The notes beneath the pieces are model-generated. The model was not told the DNA's origin, searched no databases, and was given only the letters and a program-made list of their open reading frames with translations. 64,000 nt of DNA from positions 10,873 through 74,872 of the forward strand of contig DATDID010000049.1 of the NCBI GenBank assembly GCA_036521195.1, read 5' to 3'. The position numbers and the translations under genes were made by a program. Each line of letters begins with the position of its first letter. Positions within the stretch are counted from its first letter, which is position 1. Origin of the DNA: Candidatus Dormiibacterota bacterium. GTDB taxonomy: Bacteria; Chloroflexota; Dormibacteria; Aeolococcales; Aeolococcaceae. Positions 9,168 to 19,115 of the stretch are shown piece by piece.

Positions 9168-10724
9168 GTGTTGATCGCGGCCGACTGGTGGAATCCGGTC
9201 ACGTGGCTCGAGACCGTTGGCGGCTTCTTTCACGGGGCCTACAGCGCTGGCGGGGCGGTACTCAACGTGCTCGGCGGAGTGCTGACCATCCTGACTCAGT
9301 TCTTCCGCTTCTTCTTCGACACGGGGCATTTCATCGCAGACGCGGTGAACTGGATCACCAATGCGACCTTCCCGCCGGAGCTGCAGACCTGGTTTCTCGG
9401 GACGGTGAGCTCTCCCGGTAATCAGATCGACTCGGGACACATCTACGAGACGCTGTATCGAGGCATGGCGGCACCAGCACTGATGATCGCGGCGGTTGCT
9501 GCCGCCGGTCGAATTATTCGAGCGCTTGCTGACCACCGGACGGGCGCTATGGACACGATCCTGTCAGTGCTGCCGCGTTTCCTCGTCGCTGTTGCGGTCA
9601 TAGGAATCCCCGGGACGTCCGTCAGCCTTGGCTATACGGCGATAGTGTGGGCGATCAACGCATCGATCGCCGTTGCGGGCGCCGTCGTTGGGCTGATTCT
9701 CAACACGTCGTTTCTCAGCACGATGAAGCCGGGCGAGGGCTGGTTCAGCCACGTGTTGTCCGTGCTCGCGGCCGCGAGTCACGACATGGTCGCCGTCGTC
9801 GCCGGTGGGATCCCGCTCCTGATCCTGGTCCTGTACGCGGCGTTTCTCATGATCGTCCGCACCGTGATGCTCGGCTTCTGCGTCGTCACCGCACCGCTTT
9901 GCTTCGCAACAGCCGTATTCGACACCAACAATCGATTCTTTCATTGGTGGTTGGATATACTGGGGAGCGTTCTGCTGACACCGCTCGTGCTCGGCATCGC
10001 TATCGCGTTGAGCCTGACGTTGGCGTCTCATGTGGTGTCGTCACTGGTCGTCGGTCCAGTACTTGCGATGGTCGTCATGGGTGGCGGACTCTGGTTCGCA
10101 AGCAAGATGATCCACCACCTCACGTGGCGCGGCTTCAGTCACGGCAGCGCGATGGCCGGGTTCGCAGCGGGAGTGGCAACCATGGTCGCGCCGGTGCATC
10201 GTCTCTCGTCGGTTGGCTTCATGGCAGAGGCACTCGGAGCGAATCGCACCGGCGGCAATCCCGCGGTGAACTTCATGAAGCGCATGGGGCTCGCCGCCCA
10301 GGGGTTGGATCCCTCGACCGCGGGATCGCACCCTTTCGGAGCCGGTCGCGGCGTTGTGGGCGCGAAGGCGGCATCGAGCGACCTCATGGCATCGACCGGG
10401 CCACCCGACATGGCCGGAGCGCTCGGAGCGGATGGACGCGCAGCGATCGCCGGCTCCGAGACACTGTTCTCTCAACAGGCGTTCAACGCCTTCGGTGCGG
10501 CGCACGCTGCGACGATCGGATCCGTCACGCGGGACCAGCCGTATGGGTCAGTGACTTCGGGCGACCGGGCGAAGCTTGCATGGGAACGAACGCCGTCGAG
10601 CGCTCAGGCGACCTTCGCCGATGACTTTCTCTCCTCATGGCTCGGTGCGAGTTCGCAGGCTGACCCGCCTCTCGGTCCGCGAGGAACTTCGGGATTACCC
10701 CCGCTCGAAGCTGTGCTGGCGTGA
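9168..10724 (+). CDS. TrbL/VirB6-like polytopic inner-membrane protein with Gly/Ala/Ser-rich C-terminal tail
   Basis: 518 aa. At least 6 TM helices lie in the first ~330 aa with a large loop, followed by a ~190 aa low-complexity tail (GANRTGGNPAV...GAGRGVVGAKAASS...). GGAGGAGAGG lies upstream of the GTG. The stop overlaps the virB4-like start. Confidence 0.55.
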   Translation: MLIAADWWNPVTWLETVGGFFHGAYSAGGAVLNVLGGVLTILTQFFRFFFDTGHFIADAVNWITNATFPPELQTWFLGTVSSPGNQIDSGHIYETLYRGMAAPALMIAAVAAAGRIIRALADHRTGAMDTILSVLPRFLVAVAVIGIPGTSVSLGYTAIVWAINASIAVAGAVVGLILNTSFLSTMKPGEGWFSHVLSVLAAASHDMVAVVAGGIPLLILVLYAAFLMIVRTVMLGFCVVTAPLCFATAVFDTNNRFFHWWLDILGSVLLTPLVLGIAIALSLTLASHVVSSLVVGPVLAMVVMGGGLWFASKMIHHLTWRGFSHGSAMAGFAAGVATMVAPVHRLSSVGFMAEALGANRTGGNPAVNFMKRMGLAAQGLDPSTAGSHPFGAGRGVVGAKAASSDLMASTGPPDMAGALGADGRAAIAGSETLFSQQAFNAFGAAHAATIGSVTRDQPYGSVTSGDRAKLAWERTPSSAQATFADDFLSSWLGASSQADPPLGPRGTSGLPPLEAVLA

Positions 10725-13348
10725 CCACGATTCGCGTCCCGCTGGCGGTGGACGCGCAAGTACGCGTTCCAGTCGGCCCGGTCTTGTTGCCGTTGCGTGC
10801 CCTCGTGGTCCTGACTGCCGTCTCGCCGTTCGCGCTGCTCTGTCTTGGGATCAGCGCACTGCCGGTCAGCACGCGACTGGGCATAGGCGTAGCCGTGCTG
10901 ATGCTCGGCTTCACGCTTGCGGCGCCGATGCGCGAGGGCGTCTGGATCGGCACGTGGTTTGTCTATCGAGTCGCGCGGCGAGTGATGCCGACTGCAGTGC
11001 TCGATGGCCAGGGGCGACGCGCACGAGTGCGACTCACCGGCGCGGGCCTCGAGGTGTCGCGTGTCCGCCCGGAACTGGGAACCAGGCGAGGGCCGCGGGC
11101 TCTCCGACACCTGACCCGCCTGCCCAAGGTCGACACCGCCGACGCCGGCATCATCCGCCTCAGTCCCGGGGGAGCACGAGCGATCCTGATGGTCGAAGGG
11201 CCGGACGGATCACCCTCCGGCGAACAGCACGCGCAGTGGTGCTCCGTTCTGGTGCAGTGGCTGCTGTCGCTGGACTGTCCGGCGCAGCTGGTCAGCGTCG
11301 TGAGCAACTTTGACAGCGGGCGAGCACAGGACGCGTTTGACGGGCGTACCATGGGCTTTCCGACGACTCGCCTTGTCGAATTGGAGCGCGACCTCGCCGG
11401 GCGCGTCGCGGAACAAAGTCTCGGGCTGCGTCACTTCGTCGTGCTTTCCCCTGGGATTGCAGCCGCCGACGGGATTCCGTGGCTCAGTCGTGTTACGCGC
11501 CTTCCACGCGCGATCGAAGCGAGCGTGGAGGAAGCGTCGCAGGTCCTACAGTCGGCGCAGCGGACGGCGACAGGCCTTGGGATCGTGGCAAGCGTTCCTG
11601 ATCGTGACGACATTGCCGAACTCCTTGTCGACACGGTAATGGGAACCCGTACTGCGGCGACCAGCTCGCGAGGTGTGGTGCGTATCGGCGGCGAGTTTCA
11701 GGTCGTTTTGACCGTGACACGTCTTCCCGCGACAATCTCGTCGGGCGCGGTCGTCGACGCACTGGTTCGTAGCCGGGTCAAGGGCATCGCGAGCATGCAT
11801 GTGCTACCAGTCGAACCCGCAGTTGCTCGAACCGTGCTGCACCGCCGCGCGGCGATGCAGCGGTATACGGCGCGCGAGGGGAACGACGCTGTCGACAACC
11901 AGGTCGCCCTCGCAGATACGACCGCGGTTCTCGCGGCGATCGCACAGCGTCAGCTCGTCCCGTGCCGTGTGGCGTTGAGCTTCGCGATTCGAGACTCGAT
12001 CCTCGCTCGAGCCGTGCAAGCAGCGGAGCGACTCGACGGGCTCTTGCGTGGCCTTGGCTTCGAGGTGACTGAGGTCACTTCACCGGGTTTCCTTCCGGCC
12101 ATGTCAGTCGCTCCCGGTGGGGCGCCGCTCGGACGGAGTCTTCATCTCACCTCAGATGCGGTCGCGGCGTGTTTGCTCCCCGCGCTGGGGACGCCGTTTG
12201 CGGATCAGCGTCAACCGTTGGTCGGCATCAACCAACTCACCGGCGCCCCGGCCTATCTCTCAATCTGGAGCAGGCTCAACCACAACGCCGTCCTTGTCGG
12301 CAGCTCGGGCTCTGGAAAGAGCGTGGCTGCCAAGACGCTCCTGGTGCGGCATGTCATGGAAGGCGCGTCGGCGGTCGTGATCGATCCTGATTCCGAGTAC
12401 CGACGGGTCATGAGCGCGGTCGGTGGCCTCCACTACGAATTGGGGACCGATGCACTCAATCCGCTCGCGCCGGGCGTCGAGGTGGCACCGGACATCGCAG
12501 CAGGCCTCGTGTTGCCGGTTCTGAGCGTTATGGCCGGGGACGAAAAGGGCATCAAGGACGGCCGTCCGATCCGCCGGCTCCCGGACGAAGACCAGGGATG
12601 GATACACGCCGAGATTGCCGCCTTCTACCGGGAGTGGGGCGATGACCACGGTCGCGGTGAACCGGTCATCCACGACCTCGTCGCGTTCATCGAGACGACG
12701 TCGATAACGCGTGCCCTCACGCGTCGCGAAAAGGACCGTTGCCGGATCATCACAGCACGGCTCCGACGTTTCACGCAGGGGGATCGTGCGCGCGTCTTCG
12801 ATCGACCATCGACGTTTCGCGTTGGTGATCGCCCTGTCTCCGTTGGACTGCGTGAGTTTGCGCTGACGTACGCCGCCGATCTCACGCCCGCCCTCGCTGT
12901 TGTGCTCACCGCTGTCCTTGCTGCCCTCGGCCGTGACCATGGACGCTTGATCGTTGTCGTCGACGAGGCGCATCGAGTGACGATCGATCCCGATGCAGGC
13001 GAGGTCCTCGGACAGCTCGTCCGGCAGGCACGGAAGCACGGTGCTGGTGTCTGGATGTGCTCGCAGCAGGTACACGACTTCATCGGGACAGATCTCGGGC
13101 GAACGCTCGTGGCGACTGCTGCCACCAAGATCATTCTCGGCGTGGAAGAAGCCGCCGTAGCCGATGTACGCGACGTCTTCGGACTGCGAGAGGACGAGGT
13201 CGCGGCGATCAATCCATCGGTCCAGGGGCGTGCCGTATTGCTTTCTGGAGCGGAGCGAACCGTTGTCTCCATCGTCCCGGGCCCAGCTGTACTCGCACTC
13301 GCTCAGTCCTCACCTGTCCCGCGCTCCCACCTCGCGCCTGTGCGCTGA
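10721..13348 (+). CDS. VirB4/TrbE/CagE-family T4SS ATPase with N-terminal VirB3-like transmembrane extension
   Basis: 875 aa. Two N-terminal TM helices (VLLPLRALVVLTAVSPFALLCLGISALPV; LGIGVAVLMLGFTLAAP). Walker A LVGSSGSGKS and Walker B LIVVVDEAHRV, in the order and length typical of VirB4. Confidence 0.8.
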   Translation: MTTIRVPLAVDAQVRVPVGPVLLPLRALVVLTAVSPFALLCLGISALPVSTRLGIGVAVLMLGFTLAAPMREGVWIGTWFVYRVARRVMPTAVLDGQGRRARVRLTGAGLEVSRVRPELGTRRGPRALRHLTRLPKVDTADAGIIRLSPGGARAILMVEGPDGSPSGEQHAQWCSVLVQWLLSLDCPAQLVSVVSNFDSGRAQDAFDGRTMGFPTTRLVELERDLAGRVAEQSLGLRHFVVLSPGIAAADGIPWLSRVTRLPRAIEASVEEASQVLQSAQRTATGLGIVASVPDRDDIAELLVDTVMGTRTAATSSRGVVRIGGEFQVVLTVTRLPATISSGAVVDALVRSRVKGIASMHVLPVEPAVARTVLHRRAAMQRYTAREGNDAVDNQVALADTTAVLAAIAQRQLVPCRVALSFAIRDSILARAVQAAERLDGLLRGLGFEVTEVTSPGFLPAMSVAPGGAPLGRSLHLTSDAVAACLLPALGTPFADQRQPLVGINQLTGAPAYLSIWSRLNHNAVLVGSSGSGKSVAAKTLLVRHVMEGASAVVIDPDSEYRRVMSAVGGLHYELGTDALNPLAPGVEVAPDIAAGLVLPVLSVMAGDEKGIKDGRPIRRLPDEDQGWIHAEIAAFYREWGDDHGRGEPVIHDLVAFIETTSITRALTRREKDRCRIITARLRRFTQGDRARVFDRPSTFRVGDRPVSVGLREFALTYAADLTPALAVVLTAVLAALGRDHGRLIVVVDEAHRVTIDPDAGEVLGQLVRQARKHGAGVWMCSQQVHDFIGTDLGRTLVATAATKIILGVEEAAVADVRDVFGLREDEVAAINPSVQGRAVLLSGAERTVVSIVPGPAVLALAQSSPVPRSHLAPVR

Positions 13349-13512
13349 CCCGTGGCTCTCCCCGCGGCACTCGCCGCAACCTTGTCGAAGTTCCGCGCAC
13401 TTCGCGGGTTCGCCGGATTCGCGTCGGGTGGGGCGCCTCGCGCACGCGCAGGTCGCCGTTGTTGCATCGTCTCGTGCGCCGGTTGTGGCGCATGCGTATG
13501 CATAGCAGGCGC

Positions 13513-14092
13513 GATGATTCTCGCAGTCGGCGGAGCGCTCGTGGCTGTCACAGCCACGCTCGCAGGCACTGGTTCCGACGCCTCGGCTCCGTGCGCGCCA
13601 GGCGCTGTTGCGTCTTCGTGCATCTCGGTCGTTGGCGCGCCGATGTCATGCCGCGGGCTCTACGCGAGTCAGGGGTTTGGTAACACGCCATGGGAGCACC
13701 CGCACACGGGCATCGATATCGTGTGTCCGCCTTCGACCGTCGTCGTGGCGGTGGCTGCCGGAACGTTCCATCAGAAGCACGGCGCGCCACTGCCGTGCGG
13801 ATTTCCGTCGGGCCACTCAGGTGGTCTCGGGTCCTATGGCGAGCTGGTCAGCGGCGATCTCACGTTTCTGTACGGTCACCTGGAGGGGTTCGTAGCGCCG
13901 GACGACAGCCACGTCGTTGCGGGTCAGCCGCTTGGATACGAAGGCGCCACCGGCTGCGCAACCGGATATCACCTGCACTTCGAGGTGGTGAGTCGGGGTA
14001 GGGCGATCGATCCGTGCGCCCTTCTTCCAACGGGGTATCCGAGTCAGCATGATCCGATTGGACAACGTTGCTGGGGAACGGCGCCGCCATGA
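13513..14092 (+). CDS. M23 (LytM-type) peptidoglycan metalloendopeptidase, secreted
   Basis: HTGIDI (HxxxD) and GYEGATGCATGYHLHFEV (HxH) zinc-ligand motifs. The signal-like N-terminus starts at MILAVGGALVAVTATLAG. Start at 13352 (GTG, coupled to the virB4 stop) is an alternative but adds an implausible Cys-rich segment. Confidence 0.7.
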
Positions 14093-14174
14093 TCTCTCGC
14101 TCACCGTACCCCTGTCACTTGGCCTATGCTCACTTGTGCCTGGCGGCGAGGTACTTCAGGGAGGGGGGCACCAA

Positions 14175-14813
14175 ATGAGCCATCGACGGCTTGCGGCTGC
14201 CGTATTTTTCAGCGCTGTCATCGTTGCGGTGCTCGGCCTCATCGTGTACACCGAGCGAAGCAACGCGACACAGACCGTCTCTGTGCTGATTGTTACGCAC
14301 GACGTATCAGCTGGATCGACGTACGACGTTGCGGACGTGCAACTTGTCCAGGTTCGTGCGCAGGCAGGCGACTTCAACTACGAGACACGAGCGCCAGCGG
14401 CCTTCCCCGCACGGTTCGCTAGAAATCTGGCGACGAACGACATTCTTCGCGCCGATGACCTCATCGCGAACTCGGCCGAATCTGTGGTGGCTCTCACCGT
14501 CGAAACGCCACCACCGCTGGCGACAGGTGAGAGCATCGATGTCTTCGCTGCACTCGGCGGCGATCAGCAAGTGCTCGTCGGGCACGATCTCATTGTCAAC
14601 ACCGTTTCCGGCGGATCACTCACGGTGCTGGTGCCGATCGCTGACGAAGCTTCATGGATTGCCGTCGGCTCGTCCGACGTTGCGCTCCATGTTGCGCTGA
14701 CGGTTGCTGGTGCACAGATTGCGCCCGCACCGCTCGGCGCGAGCGCAGCGATTCGGATCCTCTGTGGTCCAGCCTGCACCGACCTGCCGGATGAAGCGAC
14801 GCCAACGCCGTGA
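14175..14813 (+). CDS. CpaB/RcpC-like Flp-pilus assembly protein (N-terminal TM anchor plus SAF-like domain)
   Basis: GGGAGGGGGG RBS then ATG. MSHRRLAAAVFFSAVIVAVLGLIVY anchor. The beta-rich domain with VSVLIVTHDVSAGSTYDVADVQL resembles the CpaB SAF domain. The stop overlaps the next gene. Confidence 0.55.
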   Translation: MSHRRLAAAVFFSAVIVAVLGLIVYTERSNATQTVSVLIVTHDVSAGSTYDVADVQLVQVRAQAGDFNYETRAPAAFPARFARNLATNDILRADDLIANSAESVVALTVETPPPLATGESIDVFAALGGDQQVLVGHDLIVNTVSGGSLTVLVPIADEASWIAVGSSDVALHVALTVAGAQIAPAPLGASAAIRILCGPACTDLPDEATPTP

Positions 14814-15517
14814 ACACGCTCCTGGGTGTGTGCACCACTCGCGCGGGACAGACCTCCACATCGTGGGCCACGAGCCTTGCATGGACCTTGTCCGCGAGCC
14901 GATCAGTGGTGCTCGTCGACTGTGACATGGAAGGTGGCACGATCGCCGATCTGCTGTATTTGAAACTCGACGATCGCGGTCTCGCGAACTGCTTTGGTGG
15001 CCGTCCGGTCGCCACCGACGTGTTGGCTGCGCAGGCACTGCCCGTTCCGGACCGACCCGGGCTACGTGTGATTCCCGGCCTGCGGGGCGCGTACGGGTTC
15101 GAGATTGGCGAGTGTCTCCGAACGATCGCGCCGGCGTTGGGATCGATGGAGTGCGACACAGTCGTGGTCGACCTCGGGCATCCCTGGTCACACCCTACTC
15201 TGCGATCCCCGAAGGCTGCTGCCGACGCTGTGTGCACCGCCTTTCATCGGGTGTTCATCGTCATCCGTGATGAACCTGCCCTCCTCTCTCGGAGCATTGA
15301 TGTCCTACGTACCGCGCGACCACCGCATGGTGAGTTGATCGTGTGTGAACAGCGCGGAACGGCACATCGTCGTGTCATGGCAGAGAGCATCGAGCGCGAA
15401 CTGCCCGACCTGCCGATGCGGCGAGGCTGGCAGTGGGACGAGCGGCGCGCGACGAGAATGGCCGACACAGGCAAGCCTCTGACGCTCACGGGCATCGAAA
15501 CGGAGTTGCACGTATGA
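14810..15517 (+). CDS. ParA/MinD-fold protein with degenerate Walker A (probable pseudo-ATPase TadZ/CpaE paralogue)
   Basis: LLGVCTTRAGQTSTSWATSLAWTL replaces the KGGxGK[ST] P-loop (no lysine). VVLVDCDMEGG has MinD-like switch spacing. GTGA overlap upstream and ATGA overlap downstream. Confidence 0.5.
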   Translation: MNTLLGVCTTRAGQTSTSWATSLAWTLSASRSVVLVDCDMEGGTIADLLYLKLDDRGLANCFGGRPVATDVLAAQALPVPDRPGLRVIPGLRGAYGFEIGECLRTIAPALGSMECDTVVVDLGHPWSHPTLRSPKAAADAVCTAFHRVFIVIRDEPALLSRSIDVLRTARPPHGELIVCEQRGTAHRRVMAESIERELPDLPMRRGWQWDERRATRMADTGKPLTLTGIETELHV

Positions 15518-16917
15518 GCGCCGTGCACGCCGAGTTCCGGTCGGTGTCTGAACCAACGAAGACAGGAAGGGTCCCGGTCAGCCGATGGCCGCAGATCCCA
15601 ACCGAGGAACGCGAGGTCGCGCAGAATATCGCAACTGCCGTGCGCGAAGCCAGGAATGGCGAACCTGCATCTGTCCTGCATGAGGAGCGGCTCGCCGACG
15701 ATGTGGCAGCGGCGATTGCGCGTGCGGTGGAAGCGCCCCAGATCAGTGGTCTTCCGCTCTCAGTTGTCGATGAGCTCACGCGGAATCCGCGGTACCGAGC
15801 GACGACGCAACGCAATGCGGTGATCCTCGGCTCGCATCTCTACCCGTTATCGCTTCTCCTGTACGGTGCCGAGCTCGAGAACATCACCTGTCTCGGCTAC
15901 GACCACTGGCTGGTCAGCACGGTCGGCCGCAAGCTCTCGCTCATCGGCTCGAGTCCATTCTCGAGCGACGAGGAAGTGCTCGAATTCTTCCGCAGCGTGA
16001 TCCGCCTACGTGGTGTGACCGGCGATCAGTCGATCACGGATGCCTCGCCGATCGCCGAGGCCAATGTCGGGAGCGTCATACGTCTGTGCGTCGCCAAGCG
16101 CCCGGCGGTGTCGGGAAGATCCGACGTAAAGGCCGCGATACGTGTCCCTGCGCGCTCCAAGGTCCGCGATCTGGCCGACTACGTCTCGCAAATGGTCATG
16201 CCGTCCGGGGTCGCACTGTTCGTCGAGGCCTGTGTTCACGGACGAGCCAATATCCTCATCGCCGGCGGGACGTCGACCGGCAAGACGACGTTGCTCCGAG
16301 TGCTGGCCGGGATCGTCGCGGACGACGACCACATCGTTGTCGTCGAGGACGGTGCGGAGCTCCACCTCGACCAGGACAGAGGTGATGGCTCAGTGTGGCA
16401 TGCACTCACGACTGCGGTGTCAACAATCCCGTCCGTTCGGCAGGATAGCGACGCTCGCCACCTGACCATGTTCGACCTCGTCCGCCATGCCCTGCGATTC
16501 CAGCCCGATCGACTCATCCTCGGTGAGTCGCGAGGCGAGGAGATGGCAGCGGTGTGCAAAGCGTTGATGACGGGCCACGACGGCTCGATGACCACTATCC
16601 ACGCCGAGGATGCGGAACTGGCGATCGACCAGGCCGTGCAATACGTGATGGAAAACCCGCGGTTCGCCGGCAACGAGCGTCTGGCGCGTCGGATTGTTGA
16701 GCAGGCGGTGCATGTGGTGATCCACATCGCCAATCAGGACGGCCGTCGCCGTGTCACAGGGGTCGTCGCTGTCGAGCGAGGGGGGAACCACAAGTGGGTG
16801 TACCGCCAGACTGAAAGCGGTGGCCTGGTCCGCAGCACGGACCTGATCGGCAACCTCGACCGTCTGGCCCCTCGTCTACGACCTCACCTGAATACTGACG
16901 AGATACCGGAGCCGTGA
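15514..16917 (+). CDS. CpaF/TadA-type secretion ATPase (T2SSE/VirB11 superfamily)
   Basis: Walker A ILIAGGTSTGKTTLL, Walker B/Asp box DRLILGESRGEE, and His box GSMTTIHAED. The N-terminal domain is of CpaF length (467 aa). Confidence 0.85.
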   Translation: MSAVHAEFRSVSEPTKTGRVPVSRWPQIPTEEREVAQNIATAVREARNGEPASVLHEERLADDVAAAIARAVEAPQISGLPLSVVDELTRNPRYRATTQRNAVILGSHLYPLSLLLYGAELENITCLGYDHWLVSTVGRKLSLIGSSPFSSDEEVLEFFRSVIRLRGVTGDQSITDASPIAEANVGSVIRLCVAKRPAVSGRSDVKAAIRVPARSKVRDLADYVSQMVMPSGVALFVEACVHGRANILIAGGTSTGKTTLLRVLAGIVADDDHIVVVEDGAELHLDQDRGDGSVWHALTTAVSTIPSVRQDSDARHLTMFDLVRHALRFQPDRLILGESRGEEMAAVCKALMTGHDGSMTTIHAEDAELAIDQAVQYVMENPRFAGNERLARRIVEQAVHVVIHIANQDGRRRVTGVVAVERGGNHKWVYRQTESGGLVRSTDLIGNLDRLAPRLRPHLNTDEIPEP

Positions 16918-17834
16918 TGCTCAGCTTCGCGCTCCCCGAGCCGGTGATCTTGATCAGTGGTGTGGCCGTGATCATCGCCTGTGGTTGCGCTGGAATCGCC
17001 GCGATCCTCGGCGTCGACCCAAGGTCGCGGACCCCCAACCGTCGGAAGTTGCGGCTCCTGGAGCACGAGAAGGACGTTGCGGCCGCGTTGGGTTGGCGCT
17101 GGCGGAATTGGATCGCACTTCGCGGTGGACTGACGCTCCTCGGTGTCGTTGTCGGCATCACAACGCAGATCTGGCTCCTCGCCGCGCTTCTCGGCGCCAT
17201 TGGCTTCTTCGGCGTGCGCTTTGCTGTTGCCGGGCGCGCCGCACGGCGCCGGCTACGCATGGAGCGCGCATTCCTCGTGCAGTTACGCGTGTTGCGCGAC
17301 CGCATGGCAATCGGCAACCAGTCGCTCGACTCCGCCCTTCAGGAGATTGGACGGAATCCGGGACCGGAGCTGGGCTATGTCCTTGAGCCGTGGGCAAGCG
17401 GAGGCTCAGTCACAGGGAACATCGTCGAGTGTGGCCTGCGGTCACGATCTCCGATCGTCGAACACGCGTGCACCGTGCTGATCTGGGCGAGGACGCGCAG
17501 TCTCGAAGGGCTGATTGCCGCCATTGAAGACGTCCTGATCCCTGTGGGCGAGGCACAACTCGCGGTCGAAGAAGAGTCCCTGGTGACGCTCACGCAGCAG
17601 CGCGCGGTGACGTTTGCTATGTCGGCACTGATGGTCGTCATGTTCGTCAGCATCGTTCGCGTCGATAGCTTTCGGTCCTACTACGAGACCGCCGCAGGCA
17701 CTGTTGTGTTGCTCATCGCAGTGACGGCCTTCTTCGCCCTCATCGCCATGCTGGGACGGATCGCACGAGTTGTTGCCTGGACACGTTGGGACCTGCTCCG
17801 AATTCGGGAGCAGGAGGTGCACCCTCATGGCTGA
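16914..17834 (+). CDS. TadB-like platform protein (T2SSF family)
   Basis: 306 aa. TM helix, cytoplasmic helical domain, then two C-terminal TM helices, which is the TadB/GspF topology. ATGATG overlaps the cpaF stop. Confidence 0.6.
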   Translation: MMLSFALPEPVILISGVAVIIACGCAGIAAILGVDPRSRTPNRRKLRLLEHEKDVAAALGWRWRNWIALRGGLTLLGVVVGITTQIWLLAALLGAIGFFGVRFAVAGRAARRRLRMERAFLVQLRVLRDRMAIGNQSLDSALQEIGRNPGPELGYVLEPWASGGSVTGNIVECGLRSRSPIVEHACTVLIWARTRSLEGLIAAIEDVLIPVGEAQLAVEEESLVTLTQQRAVTFAMSALMVVMFVSIVRVDSFRSYYETAAGTVVLLIAVTAFFALIAMLGRIARVVAWTRWDLLRIREQEVHPHG

Positions 17835-18723
17835 TGCGCTCCCTTATGCGGCAATCGCCGCCCTGGTCGTCGGTGCATGGGCAAGCGGCATGCTGCTGCT
17901 CGATCTTTTCGCGCCGGCCGACGCGCGCGCCTGGAACCGACTGGCTCACCTTCGCGGCTTCGAGACCCGCGGTTCCGTGCTGCAGCGATTGGTCCGGAAG
18001 GCACCGCCACTGACTCGGCTGCAGCGCGAGCTCGACCTCGAACGTCTCCTCGCGCAAGCACACAGCGACGAGATGCCGGCGGGTTTTCTCGCCCGCACAG
18101 GTGCGATCGCGCTGCTGACGTTTGCCGTCCTGCTCGCATTGACCGCGGCCGGCCGGGCTGTTGAAGGTCAGTGGCTGGTCGCACCCTGGTTGGCGTTGGT
18201 GATCGGCATCCTCATCGTGCCGCTGTCCATCGTCGACCTGCGCCGCAAGGTTCGTGACATGCAGACCAGAACAGCAAGGATTCTCGGCGACACGCTCATG
18301 GCCGTCGCGGTCATGACCGACACGCGCGGTCTCCAGCTCGACGACGCGGTGCGCATCATGTCGCGCTGCGCCTGGGATGGCGCGCTGCAGGATCTGCTCG
18401 ACCGCGGCGGCTTCAAGCGATTGGTCCGTGGCACCTATCGTTCCACTAGCGAGAAGTACCGCATGATCGGCGAGGCGTACCGCATCCGCGAGTTCAGCAA
18501 CGTGGCGGACAGTGCCGCGAGCGCGAACGTCGGAGTCTCGGAGCGAGATGCCTATACGCGGCTTGCGCTGTCCGTCTACCAGGCGCGTCTTGCTGATGCG
18601 CGGGTGCGCGCCGCTCGAGCCAGGATCCTGATCACGCTCCCGATTGCAGGCATGCTGATACCCCTTCTGATGCTGATCGGTGCTCCGACGTTTCACGCCA
18701 TCTCCTCCGGGCTCGGGGGCTGA
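17827..18723 (+). CDS. TadC-like platform protein (T2SSF family)
   Basis: 298 aa with the same TM/helical/TM topology as the preceding TadB-like gene. Overlaps its stop by 8 nt. Confidence 0.55.
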   Translation: MADALPYAAIAALVVGAWASGMLLLDLFAPADARAWNRLAHLRGFETRGSVLQRLVRKAPPLTRLQRELDLERLLAQAHSDEMPAGFLARTGAIALLTFAVLLALTAAGRAVEGQWLVAPWLALVIGILIVPLSIVDLRRKVRDMQTRTARILGDTLMAVAVMTDTRGLQLDDAVRIMSRCAWDGALQDLLDRGGFKRLVRGTYRSTSEKYRMIGEAYRIREFSNVADSAASANVGVSERDAYTRLALSVYQARLADARVRAARARILITLPIAGMLIPLLMLIGAPTFHAISSGLGG

Positions 18724-18734
18724 CTGACACCCTG

Positions 18735-19115
18735 ATGCGTCGCGTCATTCTCACGCTCATGTTGGTCGCCGTCCTGTTCAGCGCGGCGCGTTTGACTCTC
18801 GGCACACCCGATGTGCTTCAGGCGCTGAACTTTTTCGGCGGCGGAATCCCGACCCAGGAGGCCGGTGAAGCCGTGATGACCTGTCTGGCGTGGGTCGTGA
18901 TCCTCGTTGCGGCATCAGGGCTACTCGTCGGCGTGACTCAGATCGTCGGTCAGGCGCAACTTCTGCGCAGGCCCGCTGCGCGAGCAGCAATGCTCCTGGC
19001 TGCGAGCCTGGTCCTGCTTGTCGTCGGCGCTGTTCACCGTTCGATGCCACCCAAGTCGGTGTGCTGCGGATCCAATGCGGCGGACATGAGCGAGGCGATC
19101 CACCTTGCTCAATGA
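18735..19115 (+). CDS. small three-helix membrane protein (pilin/pseudopilin candidate, not classical Flp)
   Basis: 126 aa. Basic MRR start then VILTLMLVAVLFSAA, plus two more hydrophobic helices. No G/xxxxEY Flp processing motif. Confidence 0.4.
   Translation: MRRVILTLMLVAVLFSAARLTLGTPDVLQALNFFGGGIPTQEAGEAVMTCLAWVVILVAASGLLVGVTQIVGQAQLLRRPAARAAMLLAASLVLLVVGAVHRSMPPKSVCCGSNAADMSEAIHLAQ

Noticed and set aside
13352-13512. N-terminal extension of the M23 peptidase gene (GTG coupled to virB4 stop) encoding a Cys-rich stretch CCIVSCAGCGACVCIAG
   Set aside because: Composition looks non-protein-like. The ATG at 13513 gives a plausible signal peptide. Kept as an alternative start only.
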